From NCBI GenBank assembly GCA_964016885.1, contig OZ024741.1, positions 374,976,001 through 375,040,000 on the forward strand: a DNA stretch of 64,000 bases, in the 5' to 3' direction. The notes under the pieces were generated by a model. It did not search any database, was not told the DNA's origin, and worked only from the letters and a program-made list of their open reading frames with translations. Shown here in pieces: positions 28,701 to 42,127 of the stretch; the stretch's first letter is position 1, and each line of letters opens with the position of its first letter. The position numbers and the translations under genes were made by a program. Source of the DNA: Eledone cirrhosa (lineage: Eukaryota).

Positions 28701-29317
28701 AGCATTGACAACAATACTATAAAGCAGCAGCATTGGCGACAGTGACATAATCTTTGCGTCTCTAATACATACTTAAATAATATAACAAACATCTTGAATA
28801 TTGTCACCATCATAGAGAAATGATTCATTATTATAGTGATTGAAATTCTTTGTTTCATCAGTTAGCTTTCCGTGCTCTTTGAGTAAATTCATTAATTACA
28901 TTAGAAACATCAAGAACTTTGCTTTGACATTATTGATCGTCAAGATTGCTAATACATTTCAATAATCTCCTATCATTATTGACTAAACGTAGTACTTAAT
29001 TCATATAAGACACTCTTTGTCATTAGAGGTCATTGTTGCTGGCATCGACATAAACACATGTAACCAAACAAAAATATCTATATTTCTCAACAAATTTTAT
29101 TCGACAAAACAGCATCGAATTTGACATTTACTTGAAATTTTGTTTTTGAGAAGAAGCACTTGATTGTACTTATAGTGTCACAAAAATCGAATACTCCACA
29201 AATATTACTGAGTGCCAATCGAAATATTTTTTTCTCGACTTTAAATCTACAAATGCTTTCATAGCACTTTCTATATAACTTTTAAAATATCATTTTCTAT
29301 TGAAAAAAATTACTAAA

Positions 29318-30540
29318 ATAATTGTTACTACTTTTGGCACAAGGCCAGCAATTATCCCAGTGCATTACTGGTACGTTATTTTATCGACCCCGTAAGGATG
29401 AAAGGCAAAGGCAAAAGTTAACCTCGACGTGATTTGAACTCAGATCATAGAGGGCCATAACTCTATGCTTCAAAGCACGGCGTCTGACCCTCTACCGATA
29501 CTGCCAATCCACCGGCCTTATTTTATAATTACTTAAATAATGGTATTTATATTTGGAAAGTTTCAATAACATGACCTGAAGCTCGAGTTACCAGAACCTT
29601 CAGTAGGGCCTCAATGGATAGCATCAAGAATGGCATGCTGCGAGAAGACGAGAATGAAGCAAAAGTGAGAACTACGTCATCTGAATCAGGGGCTGAACTT
29701 TATTCAAATTCACTGATAAGATGTATGATAATATTTACGTCAAGGATTTATGACGTCATATATTCATGATGTGTCTTTTAAAGGTTTTATTGTATGATAA
29801 CTGTAGTAATAATAATTTTATTAACAAATGCTAATAGAATTTTAATCTTTACTAATTAACTTGTTTTTAAACATTTACATGGTTGACTATTACATGTGTA
29901 TTGATTTTGAGGAGCTGAAACTTACGATGTAATTCAGAATATCATTAAGTAGAAGAACAAATGGATTCTAAATAAATAGAACTAAAAACAATGTATTATA
30001 GTAATAATTGTTTCTGCTTTTGGCACAAGGCCAGCAATTATCCCAGTGCATTACTGGTACTTTATTTTATCGACCCCGTAAGGATGAAAGGCAAAGTTAA
30101 TCTCAGCAGGATTTGAACTCAGACCGTAAATGGCCGTAACTCTATGTTGCAAAGCATGGCGTCCGACTCTCTACCGATACTGCCATCCATCACCAATCCA
30201 GTAATAATGATTTATACTTTAGACTCAAAGCCAGACATTTTGGGGAGGAGAAATCGATCAAATGAACCCCAACACTGGACTGGTACTTTATTTTATTGCC
30301 CTCGAACGGATGAAAAGCAAAATTGACCTTGACGGGATTTGAACTCAGAATGTAGAGAGAGTCGTAATTAAATACCAGAAAGACTTTTGTCTGATGCGCT
30401 AACTATGCTGCCAACCCACAGCCCTCTATTACGGTAATAATGGCTTCTGATTTAAGCACAAGGCCAACAATACTTTTTTGGGGGGGAATTCGATTCCATT
30501 GACCCCAGTGAATTACAGGTGCTTTAATTTACCGACCCCT
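29318..30540 (-). mobile_element. SINE A copies (29318-29518; tandem trio ~30003-30540)
   Basis: Family motifs; the trio members are each preceded by a gtaataat-containing spacer. Confidence 0.85.
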
Positions 30541-30560
30541 CCTCCTCCTGCTCCTCCACC

Positions 30561-31735
30561 TTCTTCTTCTTCTTCTTCTTCTTCTTACTCATGATAGTGT
30601 CGTGGGGGCAGAGTCCTTAAACACTCCCGCCAGTGGGTCCTGCTATAAGGAACAGTCTCCAACTGACCCTATTGGATCTCCAAGCGAGAACAGCCAAGCT
30701 CATGGATGTTATCCAACCATCTTGCTCAGGGTCTACCTCTGGGCCCCCTGACGGTTGGTTTTGCTCGTAAAATATGTCTAGCGATTCTTTCCTGAGACAT
30801 TCTAACCACATGCCAATAGTATCGAAGATGTGATCTCTCGATTCTGAGAAGTAGCGGCTCTACAAAGAAGCGACCCTCTGATCTCAGAGCTACGCACTCT
30901 ATCTAGTAATGTTACCCCAAAGACCCTTCAGAGGAATCCCATTTCGGGCACTTGTATTCGTGATCGTATTCTTTCGGTTATTACCGAGATTCATGACCAT
31001 AGAAAAGGGTTGACACGAATACTGAATTGAAGATAGTGAGTTTGCTTTTGCGCCTACCTCCCTTCTTCTGATTACCGAATGTTGAAGCTGACGCATTACT
31101 GCGCAAGTCCCTGCAACTCTTGCACTTAATTCAGCCTCCTACCCCCCATCACTCAAGAATACTGCCCCGAGATACTTTAATGTTTTTACCTGCTTCAGTG
31201 GTACTCCAATCACATGTAGAGTGCACTGCGCAGGCTTCCTTGAGAGGATGAGTGTCTCAGTTTTCGCAGCACTGATTTTCATTCCAGCCATACAACATTC
31301 GGCATCAAACCTATCAAATGCATGTCGGAGATCACCTTCTGTCGAGTTAAGTAACACCATGCCGTCTGTAAATTCCAGTCGACTGATTTTACGCCCGCCA
31401 GTCATGACACCACTTGCAACCCAGCTGCGCATGTCAATCCTGTTCATGTAAATAAGGAACACAAATACTCGGGCATTTGTATAGAGACATCAGGGCAGCA
31501 AGAAGCTGAGCATCGACCCCATACTCCTGCAGAACCATCCATAGAAGGTCCTGGGGAACGCGGTCATATGCCTTCTCTAGGTTGACAAAACAAGAATATA
31601 CCACTTGGCAATATCCCCACGATTTCTCGAAGATCTTCTATTTGGTCCGCTGTGCTGCGTCCGGGTGAAAACCGCACGGTTTCTCAGCTAGCTTGGACAC
31701 GGCAATCTCCCTGCATCTCTTTGCCAGACACTTTG
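30561..31735 (-). mobile_element. RTE-clade LINE, 3' half, decayed, (AAG)n tail
   Basis: CFVNLEKAYDRVP; FLIYMNRID...LEFTDGMVLL (FADD equivalent)...GMKISAAKTE..LKYLG; (TTC)n on the + strand at 30561-30586. Confidence 0.88.
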
Positions 31736-31798
31736 AATTTGGGATATTATTTTGTATATTATTCGATACACAAAACTTACACACACGCACACACACGC

Positions 31799-31863
<65 letters not shown>

Positions 31864-31994
31864 GATGCTTCTAATTCAGTTAAATACAGAATTAGTAAAT
31901 CAAATATTCCGCATTTTGATTTATTTAAATTCTTAAACTGTCTTTTTAAAAAAAAGTACCCAATGAGGAATTGCCATTCAAGAAAGCACAAACC

Positions 31995-32280
31995 ACTACC
32001 TCCCTACGGACAACTGACGCTGCACACCAGGTCCGAACACGGAAGAGCCGAACTTCCACTGTCATCGCCTCCATCTCTCTCGCCCCCCCCCCCATCTCTC
32101 TGTATTATGAGCAAATGAGGTCCCACGTGCTGGCAGTCCCATGAACCCTGCGGACAGAATGGAGAAGGCGCTTGAGAAAATAGAAAATTCGATTCGGAGA
32201 CAGCCTGCACAGATGGTGTTATATCGATAGCAGACGGTCCCCGATATAACACCATATATGAAGGCTGTTGCCAAATCAAA
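31995..32280 (-). mobile_element. Probable CRE-clade RT/thumb fragment
   Basis: GC-richer island whose peptide DDSGSSALPCSDLV resembles the D..W..A.LP...GGLG region. Confidence 0.35.
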
Positions 32281-32352
32281 TTTTCTATTTTCTATTTTCT
32301 CTATATCCTATATTCCATTATATGTTTGGGGTCAACGTAATTCTGTTACATA

Positions 32353-32983
32353 CCGTATATACCGGTGTACAAGTCGATCCGGCACATAGGTCGACTACTA
32401 ACATTCTGAGGTGTAATTCAGGTTTAGGCCTATATTCGTCGGATAAGAAGACCCCTCCCCCTAAAATAAGGCAGTACCATCTCCCCAGCCCTGTGTATTT
32501 TTGTTTGTTTTTCAATGTTAAAAGATACGTGCAGTTATAATAATTTAAAAACAGAGGGTGCTTACATTTTTTGCTACCACAAAAATAATGCAGTTGCAGG
32601 GGAAATAATAACATTTTTTTTAGGCTAAGCCACTTCTACAGAAGCACTTCAGTCACAAGTGAGTTCTAACTCACTGAGTAAACCAGCCTAGCCTAACCTT
32701 AACGAACCTATGGTAACCTACCCTATGAGCTATGGTAAGTCATTCATTTTACTATAATCTCTACGTTAAATAAACTTAACAAATATGAGATTCAGTTGGA
32801 AATAACTGTTGTGGGCTGCTAGAGTTATGGTAAGTGCTGTACAACGAGTGTTAGGCATGCAGTTTCACTGTTTACCCCTTAGTGGTAAAGGTTCACATTT
32901 TATATTCAGTGGACAAGTCGACCCCTGGTTCTGGAAAGATATTTTTAGGCTCCAAATGTCGACTTGTGCGCCGGCATATACGG
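32353..32983. mobile_element. Tc2-like (Tc1/mariner superfamily) non-autonomous element
   Basis: TIRs ccgtatataccggtgtacaagtcga / tcgacttgtgcgccggcatatacgg, flanked by TA on both sides. Confidence 0.8.
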
Positions 32984-33290
32984 TAATTCTATAGATGAAA
33001 CCTGATGAAAACGCCTTGTCTAGCATCATAATCGCATGATGGAGCTCTGGCCATCGGAATATGTACAATGCTTTCGCGGGATTAAAATTCTAAAGTAAAT
33101 CTTCCAGTCCGGCCTTCTGTTGTCGTTTTAATGAATATTGTACTCCGTTCCTGCACCAACCACTGGATACCACATCTACGATGGATGATTTGCGTAACGT
33201 TGAGTGCTTTAACCAATTTATTGTATCATTGTTTACCAAACCGAACCACCAGTTTCTACCCATTGGTAAACAATTTAACAAAAATCATGT

Positions 33291-33346
<56 letters not shown>

Positions 33347-33809
33347 CTGGTGCATAGTGATACGCACTTTGGCATGCCATCGAGGATTATAATGGCCAAT
33401 AATCTACTCATTTATCTCTCCCCCTCTATTTGTTTCATTTGTTAACTTTTATTACAGAAATATGAAGAGGAATTCCAGCCTAAAGAATACATTAAGCGAT
33501 ACACCTATGCTTTCTCCGCACCATGAAATTGAAGATGTTTTTATCAAATGTTGGCGTTAATGTTGAAAATATAGCGGTTATATAGGCTTCAGTACATTGG
33601 AACTATAAAGCGTGGTTCTTCAATGTGTAATCAGATATCTTTAAGATATTACAGATAAACGAGGGAGATGTTGTTTCGATAACAACCATTACTCTATTAT
33701 ATTTTAGAAAGCTGTTTATATAAAAACAAAACACCATTAAAGGGAACGAGAAATTAAATGAAAAGAAGAAAAGAATCAAGCAACAAAAGAAAGAGAGAGG
33801 GAGAGGGAC

Positions 33810-34745
33810 AGGCACTATACCCCAGTCTGAGCGGTGTTTCAGCTGCGTCCAGTGGACAAAATGGAAAAGGCATTACTGCGGAGAATGGCCAGAGAGACCC
33901 GCTGCAACAGTCACCCCACCTAACGGGGCTCCTTCCTCAAGCGGGCCGTCTTCTTTCCGACTTCACGGAAGAAATGAGCAGAGCGGGGACCAAGGACACC
34001 AGAAGCCTCGACGGAGATCGGTACAATGAGGAGGCAGTCGGTGAAGCCCCAGTATTTAATTATCTTCCTCTCCTCCGGATTGAGGGCAGCGGAGTCCGGG
34101 TTTGTGGCCGAAGCAACGAGTCTTAAGGCGGAGAACGAGTCGTAGCCCGTCGAGTCCAAAATTAAGGATTTGGCGCCAGCGAAAGGAAAGAGGGTTAATC
34201 CGTCGGGGCGCTTTCTATCACCACAGTCGAGGTCAGACGGCTCTAATTGTGACGGAAAACAGGCTGCGTCAAGGCTCTTTCTGATGGCATGGTTCTGAAT
34301 GGCGTCTTGGGGAAGCCGACTTGCACTAAGGCGGCTAGAAAACGAATGCAATCTGAACCCGTGAACAATTGCTACACAAAGGCATCTGTGTGGCTCACAC
34401 ACGCGGAGGCCGAGGCGCTGTTCCACTCTAATGCAGGTGCACTCCTCATCAAGAAGGGTATCTGTTGAGGAAGGCACCGAATTGAGCCATGCGCCACTGT
34501 TTGGTTGCGAGGCGGAACGGAAGCAGGCACGATGGTGTTGGTTCAAGGAAGACTCGATCCGCCTGAAAGTGGAGTTACACTTGACGTCGTCCCCGTTACG
34601 TTGGACATCGGTATACTGGGGGACGGCAAAGCCTTCGTCATTCCAATCAGTCAGAGCTGACTCCAGCTTCCAGGTTACGCCAGGTTCTGTCGTCTTGAGG
34701 CGGATCTCATTGATGAGTGTGCAGCTGGAGGAGATTGAGAGGCCT
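33810..34745 (-). mobile_element. CRE-clade non-LTR retrotransposon 3' part (Zn-knuckle plus RLE endonuclease)
   Basis: ORF 33920-34774: SGAWLNSVPS..RLGLRVCEPHRCLC..H..LEPSDLDCGDRKRPDGLTLFPF...VPISVEASGVLG, continuing LQRVSLAILRSNAFSILST. Confidence 0.9.
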
Positions 34746-35516
34746 GGGGGGGGGGGGGGGTTAGATAAATACATAGTGGGGCCCTCATAGCTAGTACGGT
34801 GTATGTTTGTATGAAAGACAAGAATGTTTTATAGAAAAGAAAAAAAACAATGGTTATGCTCTCTCTCTATATTTACTAAGCTACATGTTGTCAGAGATGT
34901 TCTGCAGCATCTTATTGGAATCTTCCCCCATTCCGTTTACATTGCTTGTGTATAAGTCTATTTCATGCACAATGGGACCCCCTGACGCATTTTTGTACAA
35001 ATACTGATTTTTTTTCTTCTCAGAGTTCGTGTATAATTTGATCTTAGCTTTTGCACAATACGGTGTACATATCATACAGAGAAAGAAAAAAAGAGAAAAA
35101 ACTTAGCGACGTAAACACGTGTGAACGAAGCTGCACTCATATTTTAGAAAGCTGGGGATGCTCTCTCCTTAATTCTTCTTTTATATAAGGTTTTTGTAAA
35201 TATTTAAGTAGCATACATAGTGTATAGTGTTTTGCTATTTGTGCAGCAATAGAAAGAAAGAATGTAGGTTACAGAGGGAAGACCCACTAAGCTTACCAGT
35301 ACTACAAAGATTAGCCAACGGTACCGTAAGAATTCCAATTCCTCCACTCAAATATCTGTATATAGTCCAGCCCGGGACTTTTGGCATAAACATTTGATCA
35401 TAAAACCTCGCGCTATACCCGAGTATAAATGCTACGTCCGACTTCCTGCGTTCAGGAAAAAGTATTTCTGTGTGAATAGTGGGAAAAGGCAGTGAATGTT
35501 TTCTACTGCATCCAGT

Positions 35517-35937
35517 TTAAACTTTTGATACCAAACCGCCTGGAACCACCCTAGTTCGATAATACAAAACTGTTTGTTTTATAGTGTTATATTTAAATTT
35601 ATACCTTGCGTCATTTATATAAGAACATTTTGTTTGGTTTGTTTCAAACACCAGCTTAAAAATGAAAATGTTAGTTATTTTACTAAATCCTTGAAAAATC
35701 ATAATTATTTATATATTTAAATATTAATAAAGTTGTTTATACTTTAATGTGTTAGCATATGATAGAAATAGCCAAGAAATCAACCGTTCACCACATATTC
35801 TAGTCTTGTTAAAATTTCTTTTAAATTTTTATATTAACTTCATCTCCAGAATTGTAGTCTACATAATTTTACAAATTAATTGAAAATCATAGGCAGTGTT
35901 TTTTTTAAATGAGAAATATGCGAATGGAAGGATTCAC
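35517..35937. mobile_element. Possible decayed TTAA-type (piggyBac-like) non-autonomous element
   Basis: ttaaacttttgatacc start and gaaggattca end resemble TTAACCCTTT/AAAGGGTTAA termini only weakly. Confidence 0.25.
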
Positions 35938-36287
35938 TCACTAAACCCAAATTACAGCTTACTATCGTCCGTTATCTGCATAAAAATATACCATAAAAAA
36001 TTGATATATTAAATGTTTTGCTTGAGATTTGTACGCTGTAATAAAGAAATATTTATTCCAGTAATGGTAAATTTGGTTCGCTGTTTTATAAATTGGACTA
36101 CTTTTCAGCAACATCATTAAAAACAATAATGTTTCTTCACTGAAGATTCTATGAAAATATCCTTTATAGCAATATATATGCGTACGAACACATATGTGTA
36201 GAACTGTTGTATTGATATCGAGTAGATGAAACATCGTGTAAGGAGTAAATTTAGCTTTTGGATGTATTGCCTTCTCCATTTATTTTT

Positions 36288-36351
<64 letters not shown>

Positions 36352-36367
36352 GCGCACGCACGCACAC

Positions 36368-36454
<87 letters not shown>

Positions 36455-36536
36455 CAGTGACTCGATATTTTGTTGTGTGTGTATATATAAACACACAAAA
36501 CCAACCACCATATATTAAAAATACATCGGACACTAT

Positions 36537-37003
36537 AATATTGTTTTCTGATTTAGGTACAAGGCCAACAATTTTAGAGGAGGAAAGTCAATTAAATCGA
36601 TCCTAGTGTGTTACTGGAACTTTATTTTATCGACCCTACAAAGAAGAAAGGCAAAGCTAACCTCAGCGGGATTTGAACTCAGAACGTAAAGGGCCGTAAC
36701 TATATATGCAGCAAAGCATGTTGTCTGACTTTCTACTGATACTGCCAATCCATGGTCCTCAAAAATTAGTATAAAGGGAACTTGACAAACAAGGGAAATA
36801 ATTGTTTCTACCTTTGGCACAAGGCCAGCAATTATCCAGTACATTACTGGTACTTTATTTTATCGACCCCGCAAGGATGAAAGGCAAAGTCAACCTCGGC
36901 GGGATTTGAACTCAGATCGTAAAGGGACGTAACTATGCTGGAAAGCATGGCGTCCGACCCTCTACCGATACTGCCAATCCACCGACAAACAAGGGAAATA
37001 ATA
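36537..37003 (-). mobile_element. Two SINE A copies; the second has a 17-bp TSD
   Basis: gacaaacaagggaaata at 36784-36800 and 36984-37000. Confidence 0.9.
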
Positions 37004-37360
37004 AAATATAGCAAGCCTTTAGTTACTTCCCTTATATAAAACTTGTTCGTTGTTTAGCTTCAGAACAGAGCCGATCGAATGACTCTATAATCAAAGACGT
37101 TCTAGATACGACCACGTAATAAGATCTTTGAATTAGCCTACCTTCCTGGTGAATTCATAACTAGTCGAAACTACAGAATATCTGTCTACTAGCTACACTC
37201 AGTTGTAATAGGTGATGCCCCGTAACTCACGACGGTGTCGTAGGCGCACCGTATACATACACACATACATCCATGCACACACACACACATACACACATGC
37301 ATGCATGCATACATACATACATACATACATACATACATACATACATACATACATACATAC

Positions 37361-37970
37361 ATGGTGGCTGCCAACTCGTTTTCGAGTACGGCCACTACCT
37401 CATATCCATGTAGGAGAACCCCTACCGATGCGCTGAACGAGTGTGACTTTTTAGTCCAGCCAGCGATTTGAAAACTCTGGTACAAACACTACACTTGTGA
37501 CAATTATTGACACATAGTGCTGGGCCCATGGTACCATGTGAGGACAAGTGCAGAGAGATCTCCAGATATAAAGCAATGCCTGTGCCGTGAAGCTTTTATA
37601 GTGAGCAAAGGCACTGCACAAAGTCAGTCCCACTCTCTTAACCAAGATGATATTTACCAAAAAGAAGAACAAGTCAACATCATTGGATACCATCAGAGTT
37701 GCAGGTGTTATATCAGAGTTTTCCTTCTCCTAGAATTCTGCCTTGACAAAGGCTAAGGGGTCATCTCTCCCGTTGATTTTGGATGGCCATTGACTCTTAA
37801 GAGTTCCTTTGCCTTTTGCCAGGTTTTGTTTTTAGTCCTGCAGGATGTCCAAAGTCACCCTCCTCAACAAGAAACCTTGGTGGGGTTGCCAGTTTAGTCG
37901 CCAACGACCCGACCATGAGACAGGTTGTACTGGGGTACATGTTACCAGTAGCACCAACTGGTGACCTGAC
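37361..37970 (-). mobile_element. Non-coding retroposon family C (RTE-like UTR motifs) inserted in (CATA)n
   Basis: Near-identical to 39942-40429; (CATA)n on both sides; minus-strand ctaggagaaggaaaactctga motif; 3' end ggccgtactcgaaaacgagttggcagccaccat(gtat)n. Confidence 0.75.
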
Positions 37971-38604
37971 ATACATACATACATACATACATACATACAT
38001 ACATACATACATACATACATACATACATACCATCCCGCTTGGACCAAAGTATAACTGAACTTGGATTTGTGGGCAAAGAGTGCTGCTCCCTAATTCATAG
38101 ACTACAAATGGTTGCGATAGCTGGTACCTTCATAATTTGCAAAACATTCTTACGATTCAAGGGATGACAATTTGTTTTCTTTGACACCCTTGCCACCAGG
38201 AAGGTGGCCGGTCACAAATGTACTCGAAATTAAGAGAAAGACATATATACATTCATTCATTCATTCATTCAATCATTCATTCAATCAATTAATAATCAAA
38301 ATTTGTACCAGTATTTTAAAGGGTCAGTTTTCTCATACACTGTATCACGCCGAATCAATCTGGTCTAAATACAGTAGATTTCTCCCAGATTATGATAGAG
38401 AGTGAAAGAATAGAAGTGAGAAAGAGATATAAAGGAAGAATCGATCCTAGTACTAGACTGATGCTTTTTTTTTTTATTGATCTCGAATGGATGAAAGTCA
38501 AAGTTAACCTCGGTGGTATTTCAACTGAGAGAGGAGAGAGTCAGAATGAATAACGCAAAGAATTCTATCCGACGTTCTAACGACTCTGCCAATTCACCGT
38601 CGGA

Positions 38605-39097
38605 AAAAAGGGTGATATTTGGACACCCTGCGGGATGAAATACAAGACTCAGCAAAGGGCTGAGAAACTCAGCAGAGTCAGCGGCCGTCCAAATAGTAGT
38701 CTCCCCCCCCCCCCCCCGAGAGTGAAAGGCCCCCAGTTGTTGTCACAACACCTTTCTAAGAGAGGGAAACTCTGGAAAAGAAAATTGCGGCTTCGGAAGC
38801 ATCCGATGATGTTGACCAGTTCTCCTTTTTGGGTAGTTTATTCGATGCTCAGAGAGTGGGATTGGTCGAGTTCAAGGCTTTTCCCCACTTAAAAACCTTC
38901 AAAGCACAGGCACCCGAAAGTGTGTAAATATGTATATACACATGTACCGCGCGGTTAAACCACTGGTAGTAAAGGACCCCTACCCTTTGTCAGGGCATTC
39001 TTCTAGGAGAAGGCAACTCAGGAAAATGGTATATCGTGCAATGGCCATACTCGATAACGAGGGGGTAGCCATCATGTATGTATGTATGTGTGTATGT
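38605..39097 (+). mobile_element. Family C-related divergent copy or copies
   Basis: gggtga..ttggaca.cctgc, ctaggagaaggcaactc, 3' ggccatactcgataacgagggggtagccatcat(gtat)n. Confidence 0.6.
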
Positions 39098-39338
39098 AAG
39101 ACTTTCGGTTACGAATGACCATGGGATTTGCAGCTCGAAAGTTCCCCTCCGAGGCACAACTCCGGACAAGGTATATTGTGGAAGACCAGACTCGCCCAAG
39201 CATACGGTCTCCCCTCTCCACGTCACTATGTTGTCCAAGGAAAAGACAAAGGCCGATACGGCTTGGCACCAGTGACATCGCAACACTTTTCAACGGTTGA
39301 ATAAATTCGAGCAACGTGAAATAAAGTGTCATAATAAA

Positions 39339-39439
<101 letters not shown>

Positions 39440-39454
39440 TGTGTGTGCGTTTGC

Positions 39455-39493
<39 letters not shown>

Positions 39494-39607
39494 AGTGTGT
39501 GTGTGTGTGTGTTTGCATATATATATATATATCACCCCACTCTCAAGAGCGTGAAACTAATAAACCTTTGTTCGTACTGCCCCTCTGTTTTGTTCCCGTT
39601 CAATTTT

Positions 39608-39664
<57 letters not shown>

Positions 39665-39941
39665 TCATATATGTGTGCGTATGTGGGGTGTTGTGTGTGT
39701 GTGTGTGTGTGTGTTTATCAGTGTATGTGTCGTTGGCTGAAAGTTGTTTCAGCAGTGGCCAACAAAGAAAATATTAGGGTTAATAAGATTTGAGGGAAAA
39801 CATGGTCCCTATTTCTAACAAATTGAAAGACGACCGCATATGCAATACGGTTTATTGAAGGGAGACAACTCTCACACTTTTTTTCTTCCTTTTCATTCAA
39901 TTTTGGCGTTATCATCGTTGTAATCATACATACATACATAC

Positions 39942-40429
39942 ATGGTGGCTGCCAACTCGTTTTCGTGTACGGCCACTACTTTATATCCATGTAGGAGAAC
40001 CCCTACCGATGCGCTGAGCGGCTTGAAAACTCTTGTACAAACACTACACTTGTGACAATTATTGACACATAGTGCTGGGCCCATGGTACCATGTGAGGAC
40101 AAGTGCAGAGAGATCTCCAGATATAAAGCAATGCCTGTGCCGTGAAGCTTTTATAGTGAGCAAAGGCACTGCACAAAGCCAGTCCCACTCTCTTAACCAA
40201 GATGATATTTACCAAAAGAAGAACAAGTCAACATCATTGGATACCATCAGGGTTGCAGGTGTTATATCAGAGTTTTCCTTCTCCTAGAATTCTGCCTTGA
40301 CAAAGGCTAAGGGGTCATCTCTCCCGGTGATTTTGGATGGCCATTGACTCTTAAGAGTTCCTTTACCCTTTGACAGGTTTTGTTCTTAGTCCTGCTGGAT
40401 GTCCAAAGTCACCCTCCTCACTAAGAAAC
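39942..40429 (-). mobile_element. Family C copy, 5'-truncated
   Basis: Colinear with 37361-37876. Confidence 0.85.
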
Positions 40430-40589
40430 CTATAGAAATATAGAAAATCTTGAATGCAGCCTTTATATAAAGCCTGATACATGTATGTATGTATGTATGT
40501 ATGTATGTATGTATGTATGTATGTATGTATGTGCATGTATTCATGCATGCATGCATGTATGTATATATGTATGTATGTATGTATGTTGG

Positions 40590-40623
<34 letters not shown>

Positions 40624-40710
40624 TGTATGTATGTATGTATGTATGTATGTTGGTATATATGTATGTATGTATGTATGTACGTATGTATGTATGTATGTAT
40701 GTATGTATGT

Positions 40711-40831
40711 GTCGTTGCCTACTAAACCGGCACAACCCCTGTAAAAAAAACCCTGCAGGACAAAAACAAAACCTGACAAAGTGCGGAAGTACTCATAAGA
40801 GTCAACGGCCATACAATAATGCGTAAATATG

Positions 40832-40884
<53 letters not shown>

Positions 40885-41258
40885 ATATGTATATATGTAT
40901 ATACATGTATATATATGTGTATATATGCGCGGGGACATAGAAATACTCGGGCTGGATACCCGATCGTGCAGTTAAACCACTGGGAGTGAAGGACCCCTAG
41001 CCTTAGTCAGGGCATTCTTCTAGAAGGCAACTGAAGGATAACTCCGATATAAAACCTGCGGCTTAGTAGTTACCGATGATGTTGATCTTTTCTTCTTTTT
41101 GGGTTATAGCTACTCTCAGAGAGTGGGATTGGCTCAGTGCACAGTCTTTCCTCACTTTAAAAAATGATCTTCACGCATAGGCATTGCACGATAGCATTAA
41201 TTGATAATTACTAATAATGTTATATCGTGAACTCGATAATGAGGGGGCAGCCATCATG
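40711..41258 (+). mobile_element. Family C-related copy interrupted by (TA)n
   Basis: gtcgttgcctactaaaccggc...cctgcaggac..aacaaaacctg...taagagtcaacggccat; 3' actcgataatgagggggcagccatcat; preceded by (TATG)n. Confidence 0.65.
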
Positions 41259-41600
41259 TGTGTTTGTATGTGCATGTGTATGTGCATGTATATCCTACAT
41301 TGTTTGGACGTGGTTCCCGGTCCTGGATTGGCCCCTCCTGTCACCTCCAGATGCACAACCAAAGATCATTCGTGGTCGTTTTCGACTCCGAAAGACGAAC
41401 AACAATATATTGAGGCAAATATAGACGCATACACAATCTTTTTATGTATAATAAACATACATGAATCTCGCTATAGCTGAAAAGTAACCATGTGAAAACG
41501 CCAAATATCTAAATTTCATTATCCTTGTCTATCATCAGTGACATTTACTCACTCAGTACTGAGGTAAAATGAGCCAAAAGCTCATATATAAATTTTGCCA

Positions 41601-41821
41601 ATAATGGTTTCTTATATAGGCACGAGGCCAGCAATTATGGGGGAGGGGAAAGTCGATTAAATCGACCCCAGTGTATTACCGGAGCTTTATTTTATCGACT
41701 CCGTAACGTTGAAAGGCAAAGTTAACCTCGGCGGGTTTTGAACACAGATAATAAAGGACCGTAATTCTATGCTACAAAGCATGGCGCCTGACCCTCTATC
41801 GATACTGCCAATCCGCCGCCC
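41601..41821 (-). mobile_element. SINE A (long variant) with TSD
   Basis: aaattttgccaataat / aaattttgcaaataat flank the element. Confidence 0.88.
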
Positions 41822-42127
41822 TAAATTTTGCAAATAATACAATTTTGAAGATGTTCATTTGTTTATAGTGCAGGCTTGACATGCTGGTATTAATTAACAG
41901 TCACACTAACACAACACAATTCATAATAGAAGAATATATAAGATTCCGGTTTATTTTACTTTAGTACCGCATAAGTAAACGTTACGGATGATGGATAAAG
42001 ATTCTGAAATAGAAGTTTTAGTGGTACTTCTCCCACCTAATAGGCACTGAAAAAACTCATTACTTCACAATACTTAGTTGTCCGAACTAGCAGTTAAAGT
42101 ATGAAAAATTAGAGCCTTATTCTAGAG

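Noticed and set aside
33000-33260. Possible further CRE RT remnant
   Set aside because: Similarity too weak to support without a database search.
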